Origin: Betaproteobacteria bacterium
GTDB taxonomy: Bacteria; Pseudomonadota; Gammaproteobacteria; Burkholderiales; SG8-41
Assembly: GCA_016202605.1 (NCBI GenBank)
Contig: JACQOJ010000074.1
Coordinates: 4,499-68,498 of the forward strand
Reading direction: 5' to 3'
DNA length: 64,000 nt
Of this stretch, positions 1-9,348 are shown in pieces; within the stretch, counting starts at the first letter, position 1; each line of letters opens with the position of its first letter. The notes beneath the pieces were generated by a model. It was given only the letters and a program-made list of their open reading frames with translations, searched no databases and had not been told where the DNA came from. The translations under genes and the position numbers were made by a program.

Positions 1-307
1 CGCGAAGATCGTTCCAGTACTCGATGGCAGGAGCCGCGACGAAGTATTGAACCGCGCGCCGTCGCACGCTGCTGGCCACGATCTTGAAGCGCGCGCCGCG
101 GCCCACGGCGGTTATCGCCGGCGGAGTTCCGAGCTCGCCGATCTTCAGCGCACCCTCGTCGTAGGCGCGCGCGATCTCAGGTCCGCCAAAGACGATTTTC
201 AGCGAGAGAGCTATTCCTTCGTCGCGAAAAAATCCGCGCGCGATGCCGAGGCGCAGCTGGAGCGCCTCTTTGTCGGTCGGAATGCCGTACTCGAGCCTGA
301 CGCTCAT
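1..307 (-). CDS. ABC-type substrate-binding protein, SsuA/NMT1-THI5-like (3' end runs off the window)
   Basis: Not in the ORF track. Translated by hand from ATG at 307: MSVRLEYGIPTDKEALQLRLGIARGFFRDEGIALSLKIVFGGPEIARAYDEGALKIGELG. The GFFxDEG motif is typical of this family. ATGA overlap with the upstream gene's stop. Confidence 0.75.
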   Translation of the reverse strand, partial: MSVRLEYGIPTDKEALQLRLGIARGFFRDEGIALSLKIVFGGPEIARAYDEGALKIGELGTPPAITAVGRGARFKIVASSVRRRAVQYFVAAPAIEYWNDLR

Positions 308-1131
308 TCTTCCGCCATATCGGCTGCTGGCCTTGTCTCTCCATCCTTGTACTCGCCCCACGCGGCGGAGAGCTGTTCCATCGACTGTGGATCAAGATCG
401 AAGTGCGGCACGTGGTCCGCGTCCCAGTATCCATCGTCGTCCCGACCGCGCACCAGCGTCGCGCGCCTGCGGCTGATGGTCGATCGCACGTAAGTGGGGA
501 TGTGGAAGAATGCGAAGCCAATACGGCGATCGGCACCGCGATTCGGCCCCGAGGCATGTGCTGTGCGCTCGTGATGCAGCGAGAACTCTCCCGCTGCCAG
601 CTCCATGAACACGGCCCGATTTTCATCCAGAGCTTCGATGCTTTGGCCTCTCGCGAGCATGTTGTCTTCGGCGTACGTCTCGACGTGCCGCATGTCGGGG
701 GCGAGAGGCGTGCGCGGCATGACCTTGAGACAACCTTTCTCCATCGTGCTGTCCGTGAACGCCACCCAAGCAGTAACTTCCTCGTGCGGAGCAAGGCCGA
801 AGCAGACTGAATCCTGATGCCAAGACACGTAGCGGGGATCACGGCCATCCTTGGCGAAGATCGAGGCCCCGAACAGCAGGATATTCGGCCCGATCACGTC
901 TTCCACTGCGTCAAGGATGCGTGGGTTGCGCCCCAATTTCATGAGCCAGGGAAAGGCGAGGTCGCCCTTGATCTTGAGCGTGCGGTTGGCGTCGTGGCCC
1001 GCCTGGGCTTCATAGGCCTCGATGCGCGCGCGGCATTCGGCCGCCCGGCCAGGACTCATGGCCCGCAGAGGAAAGACATAACCTTCGCTGCGAAATCGGG
1101 AGAGTTGCGCCGCAGTCAGATGTTTAGGCAT
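304..1131 (-). CDS. Phytanoyl-CoA dioxygenase (PhyH) family Fe(II)/2-oxoglutarate dioxygenase
   Basis: FRSEGY N-terminus, WHQD (HxD) and HASGPN...RR motifs. Start taken at MPKHLT. Confidence 0.88.
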   Translation of the reverse strand: MPKHLTAAQLSRFRSEGYVFPLRAMSPGRAAECRARIEAYEAQAGHDANRTLKIKGDLAFPWLMKLGRNPRILDAVEDVIGPNILLFGASIFAKDGRDPRYVSWHQDSVCFGLAPHEEVTAWVAFTDSTMEKGCLKVMPRTPLAPDMRHVETYAEDNMLARGQSIEALDENRAVFMELAAGEFSLHHERTAHASGPNRGADRRIGFAFFHIPTYVRSTISRRRATLVRGRDDDGYWDADHVPHFDLDPQSMEQLSAAWGEYKDGETRPAADMAEE

Positions 1132-1255
1132 CGTGTTCCTCTTCGACACGCACGGAGCGACGTAAGGCCCCCAGCACACTCCAGTCCGCTGGCGCGGCCC
1201 ATGTGGAGTGCTCGCTTGATATCTATGTCGGCCTATGATAGGTTTATTATGTGTG

Positions 1256-1275
1256 CTTATGTTAGATATCATAAG
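1256..1275. promoter_or_regulatory. Possible regulator binding site (inverted repeat in AT-rich divergent intergenic region)
   Basis: CTTATG-N8-CATAAG upstream of the phyH-like gene. Confidence 0.3.
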
Positions 1276-1650
1276 TTGACTCCAATGCTATTGCAACTTC
1301 TCCGTTCCGCTCGAATAGCGGACGGACCGCTAGACGGTGGCCAAGCCCCACGAACACTTAGCGTATGCGGTCTTCCTGACGTGATCGAACGAGATTCCCC
1401 GGCGGCCTCGCTCGTATCAAACCGCCAGCAAAACGCAGGGCAGACATGAACTCAGTCCGTGTTCGGGGGAAGCATGCGGGCGGGACCCGGTCTCATCTTC
1501 GAAACCACCGTGAGCCCCCATACCGGCGGGCACAGATCGTGCTTTGGATCGACAAACTGCGCAGCGCGCAGCCCGAGCCGCCGGCGAATGGCCGGAGCAG
1601 CTATCGAACTTGGTACTTGGCAGCCTGACGCTTGAAAAGGGGAACCAAGC

Positions 1651-2613
1651 ATGAAGAGAGTCGCACTAGCCTCGGCCTTTCTGGCCACTTGTCTTGTTGG
1701 CGCCTCCAATGCCCTGGCGCAGGGATATCCGGCAAGATCGATCCGGCTGATAGCGCCGTATCCCCCGGGTGGCGGCGTAGACGCGACTGCCCGCATAATC
1801 GCTCAGGCACTCACCGAGCAACTCGGACAGCAGGTCGTCGTTGAAAATCGTTCAGGCGCGACGGGGCGCATCGGCACTGAAATCGCGGCCAAGGCGACCG
1901 CTGACGGTTACACGTTACTGCTTGGCAGCGGAGCACCGAACGCCGTAGTGCCCAGCGTCACTCCCAACCTTCCCTATGATCCGATAAAGGACTTTGCGCC
2001 AATCAGTCTCGTGGGCACGACGGATTATGATCTCCTCGTGCACCCCTCTCTGCCGGTGCACTCCGTCAAGCAGCTCATCTCTCTTGCAAGGGCGAAACCG
2101 GGAGAAATTACTTATGGGTCGAGCGGCATACTCAGCAACACACATCTTGCCGGCGAACTGCTGAAGCAGTTGGCGAACGTGAACATGATTCACGTCGCGT
2201 ACAAGGGCACGGGGCCTGCCATGGTTAGCGTCCTTACGGGCGAGACGGCGATCACATTCGGAGGCGGACCGGGCGCGGCACCGCATATCAAAGCAAAGAG
2301 GTTACGGGCGTTGGCGACGACCGGAACGAAGCGCAGGGATCCGAATTTGCCGACAATCGGTGAGACTTTGCCAGGCTATTCAATCAATCAGTGGTATGGG
2401 GTGCTGGCGCCCGCGGGTACCCCGTCAGGAATCCTCCAGCAGCTGCACAAGGAAATCGTTCGTGCGGTCGCCAGTCAGAGGATCGCTCAACAATTCACAA
2501 ATCTTGGAACCGAACCCGTTACCAACAAACCTGAAGAATTTCAGGCGTTCATCAAATCGGAAATCGCGAAATGGGGGAAAGTCATCAGGGCGGCCAAGAT
2601 CGAGGTGAAATAG
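1651..2613 (+). CDS. Bug/TctC tripartite tricarboxylate transporter substrate-binding protein
   Basis: Signal peptide, YPARSIRLIAPYPPGGGVD, VENRSGA, HVAYKG. Confidence 0.93.
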   Translation: MKRVALASAFLATCLVGASNALAQGYPARSIRLIAPYPPGGGVDATARIIAQALTEQLGQQVVVENRSGATGRIGTEIAAKATADGYTLLLGSGAPNAVVPSVTPNLPYDPIKDFAPISLVGTTDYDLLVHPSLPVHSVKQLISLARAKPGEITYGSSGILSNTHLAGELLKQLANVNMIHVAYKGTGPAMVSVLTGETAITFGGGPGAAPHIKAKRLRALATTGTKRRDPNLPTIGETLPGYSINQWYGVLAPAGTPSGILQQLHKEIVRAVASQRIAQQFTNLGTEPVTNKPEEFQAFIKSEIAKWGKVIRAAKIEVK

Positions 2614-2763
2614 TTTTCGTCAGCCCGCCTTATTCCTGCTGTAAGACTTCGCCGGAAACGGTTTGAATATCGTAATTTGCGGTTGAGAATCGAAGATTCA
2701 ACCATCCGCAAGTCCTGGAACACGCAACGTCAATTGATTGGCCAATCTCTGTAGGGAGTCAGC

Positions 2764-3765
2764 ATGCTGTTTCTAACCGAGAAAGACGTGAAGAGCGCCC
2801 TGGAAGGTCAAAACGCCGCTCTCGAATCCGTCCAGACCATTGAAGAAGTTCTCAAGCAGCAGTCCGCAGGAAGCACATTTCATCTGAAACGATACACCAT
2901 GACCCACCCGAAACATCCGGGACACCTCTGGCATAACATCCGAATTCTGCCTGGAATGGTTCCTGACCTCGGAGCCGCCGCGGTACGAGTCTATTCCGGC
3001 CACCGCGGAACCAACAGGTCGGAAGTGATCTGCCTGTTTGACTGGTCCGACATGGGAATGGTGGCCATCATTTCCGACTACCGTCTCCACGCCATCCGGA
3101 CCGCCGCACCGTACGGTGTCGCGGCCAAATACCTGTCCAGACCGGAAGCCAGCACCCTCGGGATCATCGGCACGGGGCGCTATGCCCGCGGCATGGCCCA
3201 TGCGGTCTGCGCGGTGCGCCCCATCAAGAGGATAAAAGTCTACAGCCGCGACCCGAACAATGTCCGCAGGTTCGTTGAAGCCATGGAGCAGAGCCTCGGT
3301 ATCGAGGTCGCGCCCGCCGGCACGGGACGCGAAGCGGTGAGGAATGCGGAAATCATGATTACTGCAACCAGTGGAAACACCATTGTCTTCGAGGGAAGCT
3401 GGCTCGAGCCAGGCGTGCTTTACATGTCGCTCGCACCCGGCGAATGCGACGAAGACACAGTATTGCGTTCACGCGTCTTTCTGTCCGGCAGCGACCAGGT
3501 GCTCGGGGACAACCCACCCCGGAAGCCTTTCAATACGCTGCTGTCAAGCGGGAAATTCAGGCCCGAGGATGTTGTAGCGGAGTTTTGCGACGTAGTGGCC
3601 GGAAAGAAAGCCGGACGTCAGAGCCCGGACGAAATCACATTTTTTGAGTCACCGGGCATGGGCATCCTCGATGCCGGCATAGGGCACTGGGTCTATACCC
3701 GGGCTGTCCAGAACGGCCTCGGAACGAGACTGCCTTTCGGCGAAGAGGAGCGAGAGCTCGCGTGA
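2764..3765 (+). CDS. Ornithine cyclodeaminase/mu-crystallin family protein
   Basis: IRTAA, GIIGTGRYA Rossmann motif, FESPGMGILDA. GGAG RBS. Confidence 0.88.
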   Translation: MLFLTEKDVKSALEGQNAALESVQTIEEVLKQQSAGSTFHLKRYTMTHPKHPGHLWHNIRILPGMVPDLGAAAVRVYSGHRGTNRSEVICLFDWSDMGMVAIISDYRLHAIRTAAPYGVAAKYLSRPEASTLGIIGTGRYARGMAHAVCAVRPIKRIKVYSRDPNNVRRFVEAMEQSLGIEVAPAGTGREAVRNAEIMITATSGNTIVFEGSWLEPGVLYMSLAPGECDEDTVLRSRVFLSGSDQVLGDNPPRKPFNTLLSSGKFRPEDVVAEFCDVVAGKKAGRQSPDEITFFESPGMGILDAGIGHWVYTRAVQNGLGTRLPFGEEERELA

Positions 3766-3800
3766 ACACTTCAACAAAGCCGTAGCGTCAAGTAAAACGA

Positions 3801-4760
3801 ATGGCCAAATTGAAGCTGAGTGTAGCGCTGGACAGGTACGATTACCTGCAGCCCTTCTATGAGGGAAAGATCCAGGCGGAAGGATTGGAAATCGACTTGA
3901 CGATCCTGGACAGCAAGACACGCCACATACGTATGTACCGCGACGGGGCCTTTGATGCGTGCGAGTTCTCGATGGCAAGCTATCTCGTCGCCAGATCCAG
4001 GCACATCGATTGGCTGCAAGCGATTCCGTTTTTTCCCCGCCGGATGTTCGGCCATCATTACTGTTTTGTCAGAGCAGGGTCGGAATTCAAGAGCCCCTCG
4101 GATCTGAGAGGCCGCAGGATCGGGATCAGGACGTATGAAAATACTCTGGCGGTCATGGTCAAGGGAATGTTTGACCATGACTATGGACTCCCGGTTGAGG
4201 AGGTCACCTGGGTTTGCGCGAATAACGAGTTGGTTGGAACCAAACCGCCCCCATCCGTCAGGATCGAGCAACTCAAGGAAGGAAGAAAACTCGAAGATCT
4301 CCTGGCAGCCGGAGAGATCGACGCAACGGTGGAACCCGCCCTGCCGCAGGGCTGGCTTGCGGGCAAGGGAACCGTTGCACGGCTCTTTCCCGATTTTTGG
4401 AAGGAAGAGCAGGAATACTACAAGCGGACGCGCGTGTTTCCCATCATGCATCCTGTCGTGATCAAGAAAGAGGTTCTTGACCGGGAGCCGTGGGTGGCCA
4501 GGAGCCTTTTCGATGCTTTCAACAGGAGCCAACGGCTTTACGAGCAATTCATGCAGCAGCCCCATCGCCTGAGCTTTGTATGGGCTGCGTCGTACCTCGA
4601 GCAGGAGCGAGCGCTGTTCGACGGGGATCCTTTTCCTCAGGGATTGCGCGCGAACCGTCACGATCTCCTGACGATGATCGGCTTCGCACAAGAGCAGGGA
4701 CTGCTCGACCGGTCACTGGCGGTGGACGAGATCTTTACAGAAAACATGCGGGAAACCTGA
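3801..4760 (+). CDS. 4,5-dihydroxyphthalate decarboxylase-like protein (periplasmic-binding-protein fold)
   Basis: FDACEFSMASY, IPFFPRRMF, DLRGRRIG, FPIMHPVVI. No signal peptide. Confidence 0.82.
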   Translation: MAKLKLSVALDRYDYLQPFYEGKIQAEGLEIDLTILDSKTRHIRMYRDGAFDACEFSMASYLVARSRHIDWLQAIPFFPRRMFGHHYCFVRAGSEFKSPSDLRGRRIGIRTYENTLAVMVKGMFDHDYGLPVEEVTWVCANNELVGTKPPPSVRIEQLKEGRKLEDLLAAGEIDATVEPALPQGWLAGKGTVARLFPDFWKEEQEYYKRTRVFPIMHPVVIKKEVLDREPWVARSLFDAFNRSQRLYEQFMQQPHRLSFVWAASYLEQERALFDGDPFPQGLRANRHDLLTMIGFAQEQGLLDRSLAVDEIFTENMRET

Positions 4761-4893
4761 ATTGGAATGTGAACCCTGCAGCGAGGGCCATGTGGCCGGC
4801 CCCCGCCATCGCGCTACCCGCCAGCGGTGACTCATGCTATCGTATGTAAAATAGTATAATTTAGCTCGGCCAGCACCGGACAACAATCGACGT

Positions 4894-6300
4894 ATGGAAC
4901 AGAGCGCCGTGGACATGAACCGGCAGAGCCTGCGGGGCTTTCTTGCCATGGTCGAGCGCGATTTCCCCGAGGAAATCCTCCGCATCAGGAACCCCGTCCG
5001 CGCCGACCTCGACATCACTTCGCTCGTCTTCGAGCTCGAGCGCGCAGGCCGAAGCCCGGTTGTCGTGTACGAAAACGTCGAGGGCTACACGATGCCGGTC
5101 GTCACGAATATCGCCGGCAACCGCAGGCTGCTCGCGGCGTGCCTCGGTGTCACGCCAATGGAACTGCCAACCGCATTTCGCGAGCGCTGCCAGAAGTACG
5201 TTCCTTGCGAGGTGGTCAAGAATGCGCCCTGGCAGGAGGTCGTACTCGAGGGCAACCAGGTCGACCTGGGAAGGCTGCCCATTCCGCTGCACTTCCCGAA
5301 CGATGGCGCACCCTATATCACGGCAGGCCAGATCGCGGCACGCGACCCGATTACGGGAGTCGATACGACCGGGTTCCATCGATTGATGATCAAGGGCGGG
5401 AACCGGCTGGGCGTGTCGCTGCACTCGCGTCGCCGCATGCACGAATTCCATCGCCGCGCCGAGGAACGCGGGCACAATCTGCCCGCGGCGATCACCGTCG
5501 GCATCCATCCCCTCCATTACATGGGTTCGATGGTCTATGCTTACCCGCCACACGTCCGGAAATTCGAAATTATCGGCGGCCTTTTCGGTGAACCGTATCT
5601 CCTGGCAAGAACGAACGTGCAGGACCTCGAGGTTCCGGCGGGCGCCGAGATCGTCATCGAGGGCGAGATTCTGGCCCAGGTAAGAGAGCCGGAGGGCCCC
5701 TTCGGTGAGTTTACGGGGTACGCGTCCTACCGCAGCACTGAGAACGTATTCGTCGCCCATCGCATCCGCATGCGACGCGACGCCATGTATCACTCGATCG
5801 TTTCGGGAATGTCGCAGGACCACATTCTCGTGTCCTGCGTTACCCGGGAAGGCGAAATCCTCAATACCCTGCGCCGGAACCTGCCCAACGTCAGGGCTGT
5901 GCACGTACCGCATCGGACCTGCGGGGCGTTCCTCGCGATCGTAAAGATGACCAAGACGGCACAGGGTGAACCGCAGCAGGCGATCATGGCCGCACTCGGA
6001 ACCGAGTTCTATACGAAGCACGTTATCGTGGTCGACGATGACGTGGATATCTACGACATGAACGATGTAATGTGGGCGGTGGCCACCCGCGTTCGGGCAG
6101 AAAAGGATATCGTCCTCATCCCGGAGTGCAAGGGAGCAATCCTCGATCCGACATCCGATCCGGACAATTTCACCGTTACCAAGATGGGAATCGACGCTAC
6201 GCGGCCGATCGGGCAGGACTTTGCCGAACGGCTGATCATCTCGGAGGAGCAGCGCGCACGCGTCCGCGGCATACTCGAGGCGTCGGGAGTGAAAGTCTGA
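4894..6300 (+). CDS. UbiD family prFMN-dependent decarboxylase
   Basis: DGAPYIT, GFHRL, EIVIEG, EGPFGEFTGY, VDDDVD, LDP, KMGIDAT. Start may be a few codons later (MNRQ). Confidence 0.92.
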   Translation: MEQSAVDMNRQSLRGFLAMVERDFPEEILRIRNPVRADLDITSLVFELERAGRSPVVVYENVEGYTMPVVTNIAGNRRLLAACLGVTPMELPTAFRERCQKYVPCEVVKNAPWQEVVLEGNQVDLGRLPIPLHFPNDGAPYITAGQIAARDPITGVDTTGFHRLMIKGGNRLGVSLHSRRRMHEFHRRAEERGHNLPAAITVGIHPLHYMGSMVYAYPPHVRKFEIIGGLFGEPYLLARTNVQDLEVPAGAEIVIEGEILAQVREPEGPFGEFTGYASYRSTENVFVAHRIRMRRDAMYHSIVSGMSQDHILVSCVTREGEILNTLRRNLPNVRAVHVPHRTCGAFLAIVKMTKTAQGEPQQAIMAALGTEFYTKHVIVVDDDVDIYDMNDVMWAVATRVRAEKDIVLIPECKGAILDPTSDPDNFTVTKMGIDATRPIGQDFAERLIISEEQRARVRGILEASGVKV

Positions 6301-6387
6301 CGGGATCACGAAAGATTGCGCGCGTAGTCGCCACGCGTCCTTGCATTGACTATGGGCGACAGGCCAACATCACCAAGGAGGCAACCT

Positions 6388-7383
6388 ATGAAACTCGTTC
6401 GTGTCATCACGTTCATGGCCGCCGCAGGTATCTGTCTGGGTGTGGCGCCTTCTTTCGCGCAGCAGAAGGCCAGCCTGCGTTTCGGCACCGTCGGTATTGG
6501 TTCGGCCTGGTACAACTATGGCGCCGGCATCGCAGACCTCGTCAAACCCAAGCTGCCCGCCGGCTCCGCGATTGACGTGCTGCCAAAAGCCGGCGGCGTC
6601 GGCAACATAAAGCTTCTTCAGTCCGGCGAGATCGAACTGGGGTTGAGCTTCGCCGTGACCTCGTCCGAGGGTTGCGGCGGATTCGGTACCTTCAAGGAAA
6701 AGCAAACCAGGCTGCGAGGCGTGCTCGGCGGTCTTGATATTTATTACGTCGGCACGTTCGTAACCAAAAAGTCGGGCATTACGTCGTGGGACGAGATCGC
6801 GGCGGGCAAGAACAAATTCCACCTGCTTACGACAAGGCCGGGCGGAACGGGCGAGCAGGCTGTCCGCCAAGTGTTGTCTCTCCTCGGTTCGAGCAAGGAG
6901 GACGTCGCGAAAAAGGGCGGGCAGATCGAGGCGACTACACGCTCCGGCGCCGCCGAAACCATCAAGGACGGCCAGGCGGACGGCTGGGCCCACATCGTGA
7001 CCAAGGGCCATCCGGGGGCCACGCAGATCGTGACGATCAACGACATGATCATGCTGCCCCTGCCCGATAAGGTGATCAAGGGCATGGTCGAGAAGTACGG
7101 CTGGGCACCGGCAGAAGTACCGGCCAACACCTTCAAGGGCCAGACCGCGCCGGTGAAGACCGTGAAGGCGGCCTCGAACCTCCTTGTCAGGGCCGATCTT
7201 CCGGATTCCGTCGTTTACACCATCACCAAGACAATCATCGAGAACGCGGGCAGGCTGCCGAAAATCCATGCGGCCCTCGGCGACTTCGATCCAAAAATGG
7301 CGGCGGATCCCGGGCTCAACGGAAACTGCCCGATGCATCCCGGCGCAGTCAAGTACTACAAGGAAGCCGGATTGATGAAGTGA
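6388..7383 (+). CDS. TAXI-family TRAP transporter solute-binding protein
   Basis: AAGGAGG RBS, signal peptide, GGVGNI and PMHPGAVKYYKEAG motifs. Confidence 0.9.
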   Translation: MKLVRVITFMAAAGICLGVAPSFAQQKASLRFGTVGIGSAWYNYGAGIADLVKPKLPAGSAIDVLPKAGGVGNIKLLQSGEIELGLSFAVTSSEGCGGFGTFKEKQTRLRGVLGGLDIYYVGTFVTKKSGITSWDEIAAGKNKFHLLTTRPGGTGEQAVRQVLSLLGSSKEDVAKKGGQIEATTRSGAAETIKDGQADGWAHIVTKGHPGATQIVTINDMIMLPLPDKVIKGMVEKYGWAPAEVPANTFKGQTAPVKTVKAASNLLVRADLPDSVVYTITKTIIENAGRLPKIHAALGDFDPKMAADPGLNGNCPMHPGAVKYYKEAGLMK

Positions 7384-7417
7384 CAAGCCCGTTGAGCGGA
7401 GGCTAAAAAAAGGCAGG

Positions 7418-9328
7418 GTGATCAGAGTGCAATTATCCGCCGCGGGGGTCCGGTGGCCGCTCGGCGCGATCGCCGTCACTTTGACGGTGGTGGAATTCTC
7501 CCAGCTCATGCTGGGCCGCTCACTCGATCATCTCACCTTCCTCGGCATCCACGTCGGGGCAGCGACGGCAGTCACGTTCTTCATTTGCGGCTGGCGGGAG
7601 CGGCGCAAGGCTGATCAGCCTGTGCCGTTTCCCGACCTGTTGCTTTGCCTGGTTGCCCTAGTCTCGGCAGGTTACTTCGCGTTGCAGGGTCCGCGCGCCA
7701 CCGAACGCATAGCCGGCGTGGATGCGGTTTTTACGCTCGATATCGCCTTTGGCATTGTGCTGATCCTGGTCTTGCTCGAGGCATGCCGCCGCATCGCGGG
7801 AATCGTCCTCACCGTCATCGCGGCATTATTCGTTGGTTATATCCTTCTTGGGCCTTACCTTCCCGGTAGCCTTGCCCATCGGGGCCTTAGCTTGATGCGC
7901 TTCATCGACTTACAGGTGCTGTCGACTCAGGGCATCTTCGGTACGCCGATCTCGGCCTCGGCCCACATGGTTTTCTACTTCGTATTGGTTGGCGCTTTCC
8001 TTGAGCGATCTGGAGCGGGCAAGCTTTTCGTAGACCTCGCCTACTGCCTGACCGGTCGCGCGTGGGGTGGCGCCGGCAAGGCATCGGTCATCTCCTCGTC
8101 CCTTTTCGGGACGGTTTCGGGCAGCGCGGTCGCCAACGTCCTGATGACCGGTGTTGTAACGATCCCGCTCATGAAGCGCTCGGGGTTCAAGCCGGCCCAG
8201 GCTGCCGCAATCGAGGCGACGGCGTCCACGGGCGGTCAGCTCGCGCCTCCCATCATGGGGGCGGCCGCCTTCATCCTCGCCGATATTGTCGGCATCAGCT
8301 ACGCGAGTGTTGTCGTTGCCGCCATCGTGCCGGCCTTACTCTACTATCTCTCGCTCTTCATGGTGGTCGATTGTTACTCACGGCGCCATGCATTGGGACC
8401 GGATCCGTTGCTACCCGTCGCAGAATCACTGGCCGGCCTGCGCGAACGGTGGCATCTGATCCCGCCACTCTTTTTGATGATCTATCTTCTCATGTCGCAT
8501 TACTCGCTGATGTTGACCGGCGGCATCACCGTGCTCGCCATCATCGCCGTGAGCTGGATACGCACCGCGACTCGCATGGAGTTCAAAGCCATTGTTGACG
8601 CGATCATCGCGGGAACGCGCACCACGGCGGAAGTCGCCGTGCCCTCGGCCGTCGCGGGAATTATCGTAGGCACCCTGGTAGAAACCGGCATGGCGCTGAA
8701 TTTGCAGCGCTGGCTTCTGGACGTCGCCGGCAATTCCCTCATGATCTCGCTTTTCGGCGCGATGCTCCTGACGATCATCTTCGGCATGGGCATGCCGACC
8801 GCCGCAGCCTATCTCGTATCCGCGATTCTCGTGGCGCCCGCCCTGCAAGAGCTCGGCGTGCCGGCGCTGGCCGCGCACCTGTTTGTGTTCTATTTCGCGA
8901 TTCTCTCGATGGTGACGCCTCCGGTGGCGCTGGCGGCCTACGCCGCCGCCGGCATCAGCCGCGCGAACCTGTGGACTACCGGCTGGAAGGCCTTCGTCAT
9001 CGCTGTCCCGGGTTTCCTTATCCCGTACGCGTTTGTGTTCGACCAGGGCATTCTGCTCCAAGGCGACGCCCTGCACATCGCTCGAGTACTGGTAACGGCG
9101 ACAATCGGCGTGCTAGGCCTTTCCGCTGCGACCGGCGGCTACGCCTTCGGACCGCTCGCGTGGCCCCTGCGCGTGGCGCTCTTCTGCTTTTCCCCGCTAT
9201 TGATCGATCCGCGCCAATTTACCGACATGGTCGGGCTCGCCGGCATCGTGGCCACAGTCAGCTACCAGATCTGGCGCTACAAGCTTTCCGGGCGGCCGAA
9301 GCCTGCTGCCGCACCTCCTCAATTGTAG
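7418..9328 (+). CDS. TRAP transporter fused 4TM/12TM permease
   Basis: Highly hydrophobic. SGSAVANV, ASTGGQLAPPIMGAAAF, GMGMPT, TPPVALAAYAAA. Confidence 0.93.
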   Translation: MIRVQLSAAGVRWPLGAIAVTLTVVEFSQLMLGRSLDHLTFLGIHVGAATAVTFFICGWRERRKADQPVPFPDLLLCLVALVSAGYFALQGPRATERIAGVDAVFTLDIAFGIVLILVLLEACRRIAGIVLTVIAALFVGYILLGPYLPGSLAHRGLSLMRFIDLQVLSTQGIFGTPISASAHMVFYFVLVGAFLERSGAGKLFVDLAYCLTGRAWGGAGKASVISSSLFGTVSGSAVANVLMTGVVTIPLMKRSGFKPAQAAAIEATASTGGQLAPPIMGAAAFILADIVGISYASVVVAAIVPALLYYLSLFMVVDCYSRRHALGPDPLLPVAESLAGLRERWHLIPPLFLMIYLLMSHYSLMLTGGITVLAIIAVSWIRTATRMEFKAIVDAIIAGTRTTAEVAVPSAVAGIIVGTLVETGMALNLQRWLLDVAGNSLMISLFGAMLLTIIFGMGMPTAAAYLVSAILVAPALQELGVPALAAHLFVFYFAILSMVTPPVALAAYAAAGISRANLWTTGWKAFVIAVPGFLIPYAFVFDQGILLQGDALHIARVLVTATIGVLGLSAATGGYAFGPLAWPLRVALFCFSPLLIDPRQFTDMVGLAGIVATVSYQIWRYKLSGRPKPAAAPPQL

Positions 9329-9348
9329 TTTTGAAAGGAACACAACGC

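Noticed and set aside
1330-1630. Short ORFs upstream of the first Bug gene
   Set aside because: No motif or RBS support. Could be a decayed gene, but it cannot be assigned by eye.
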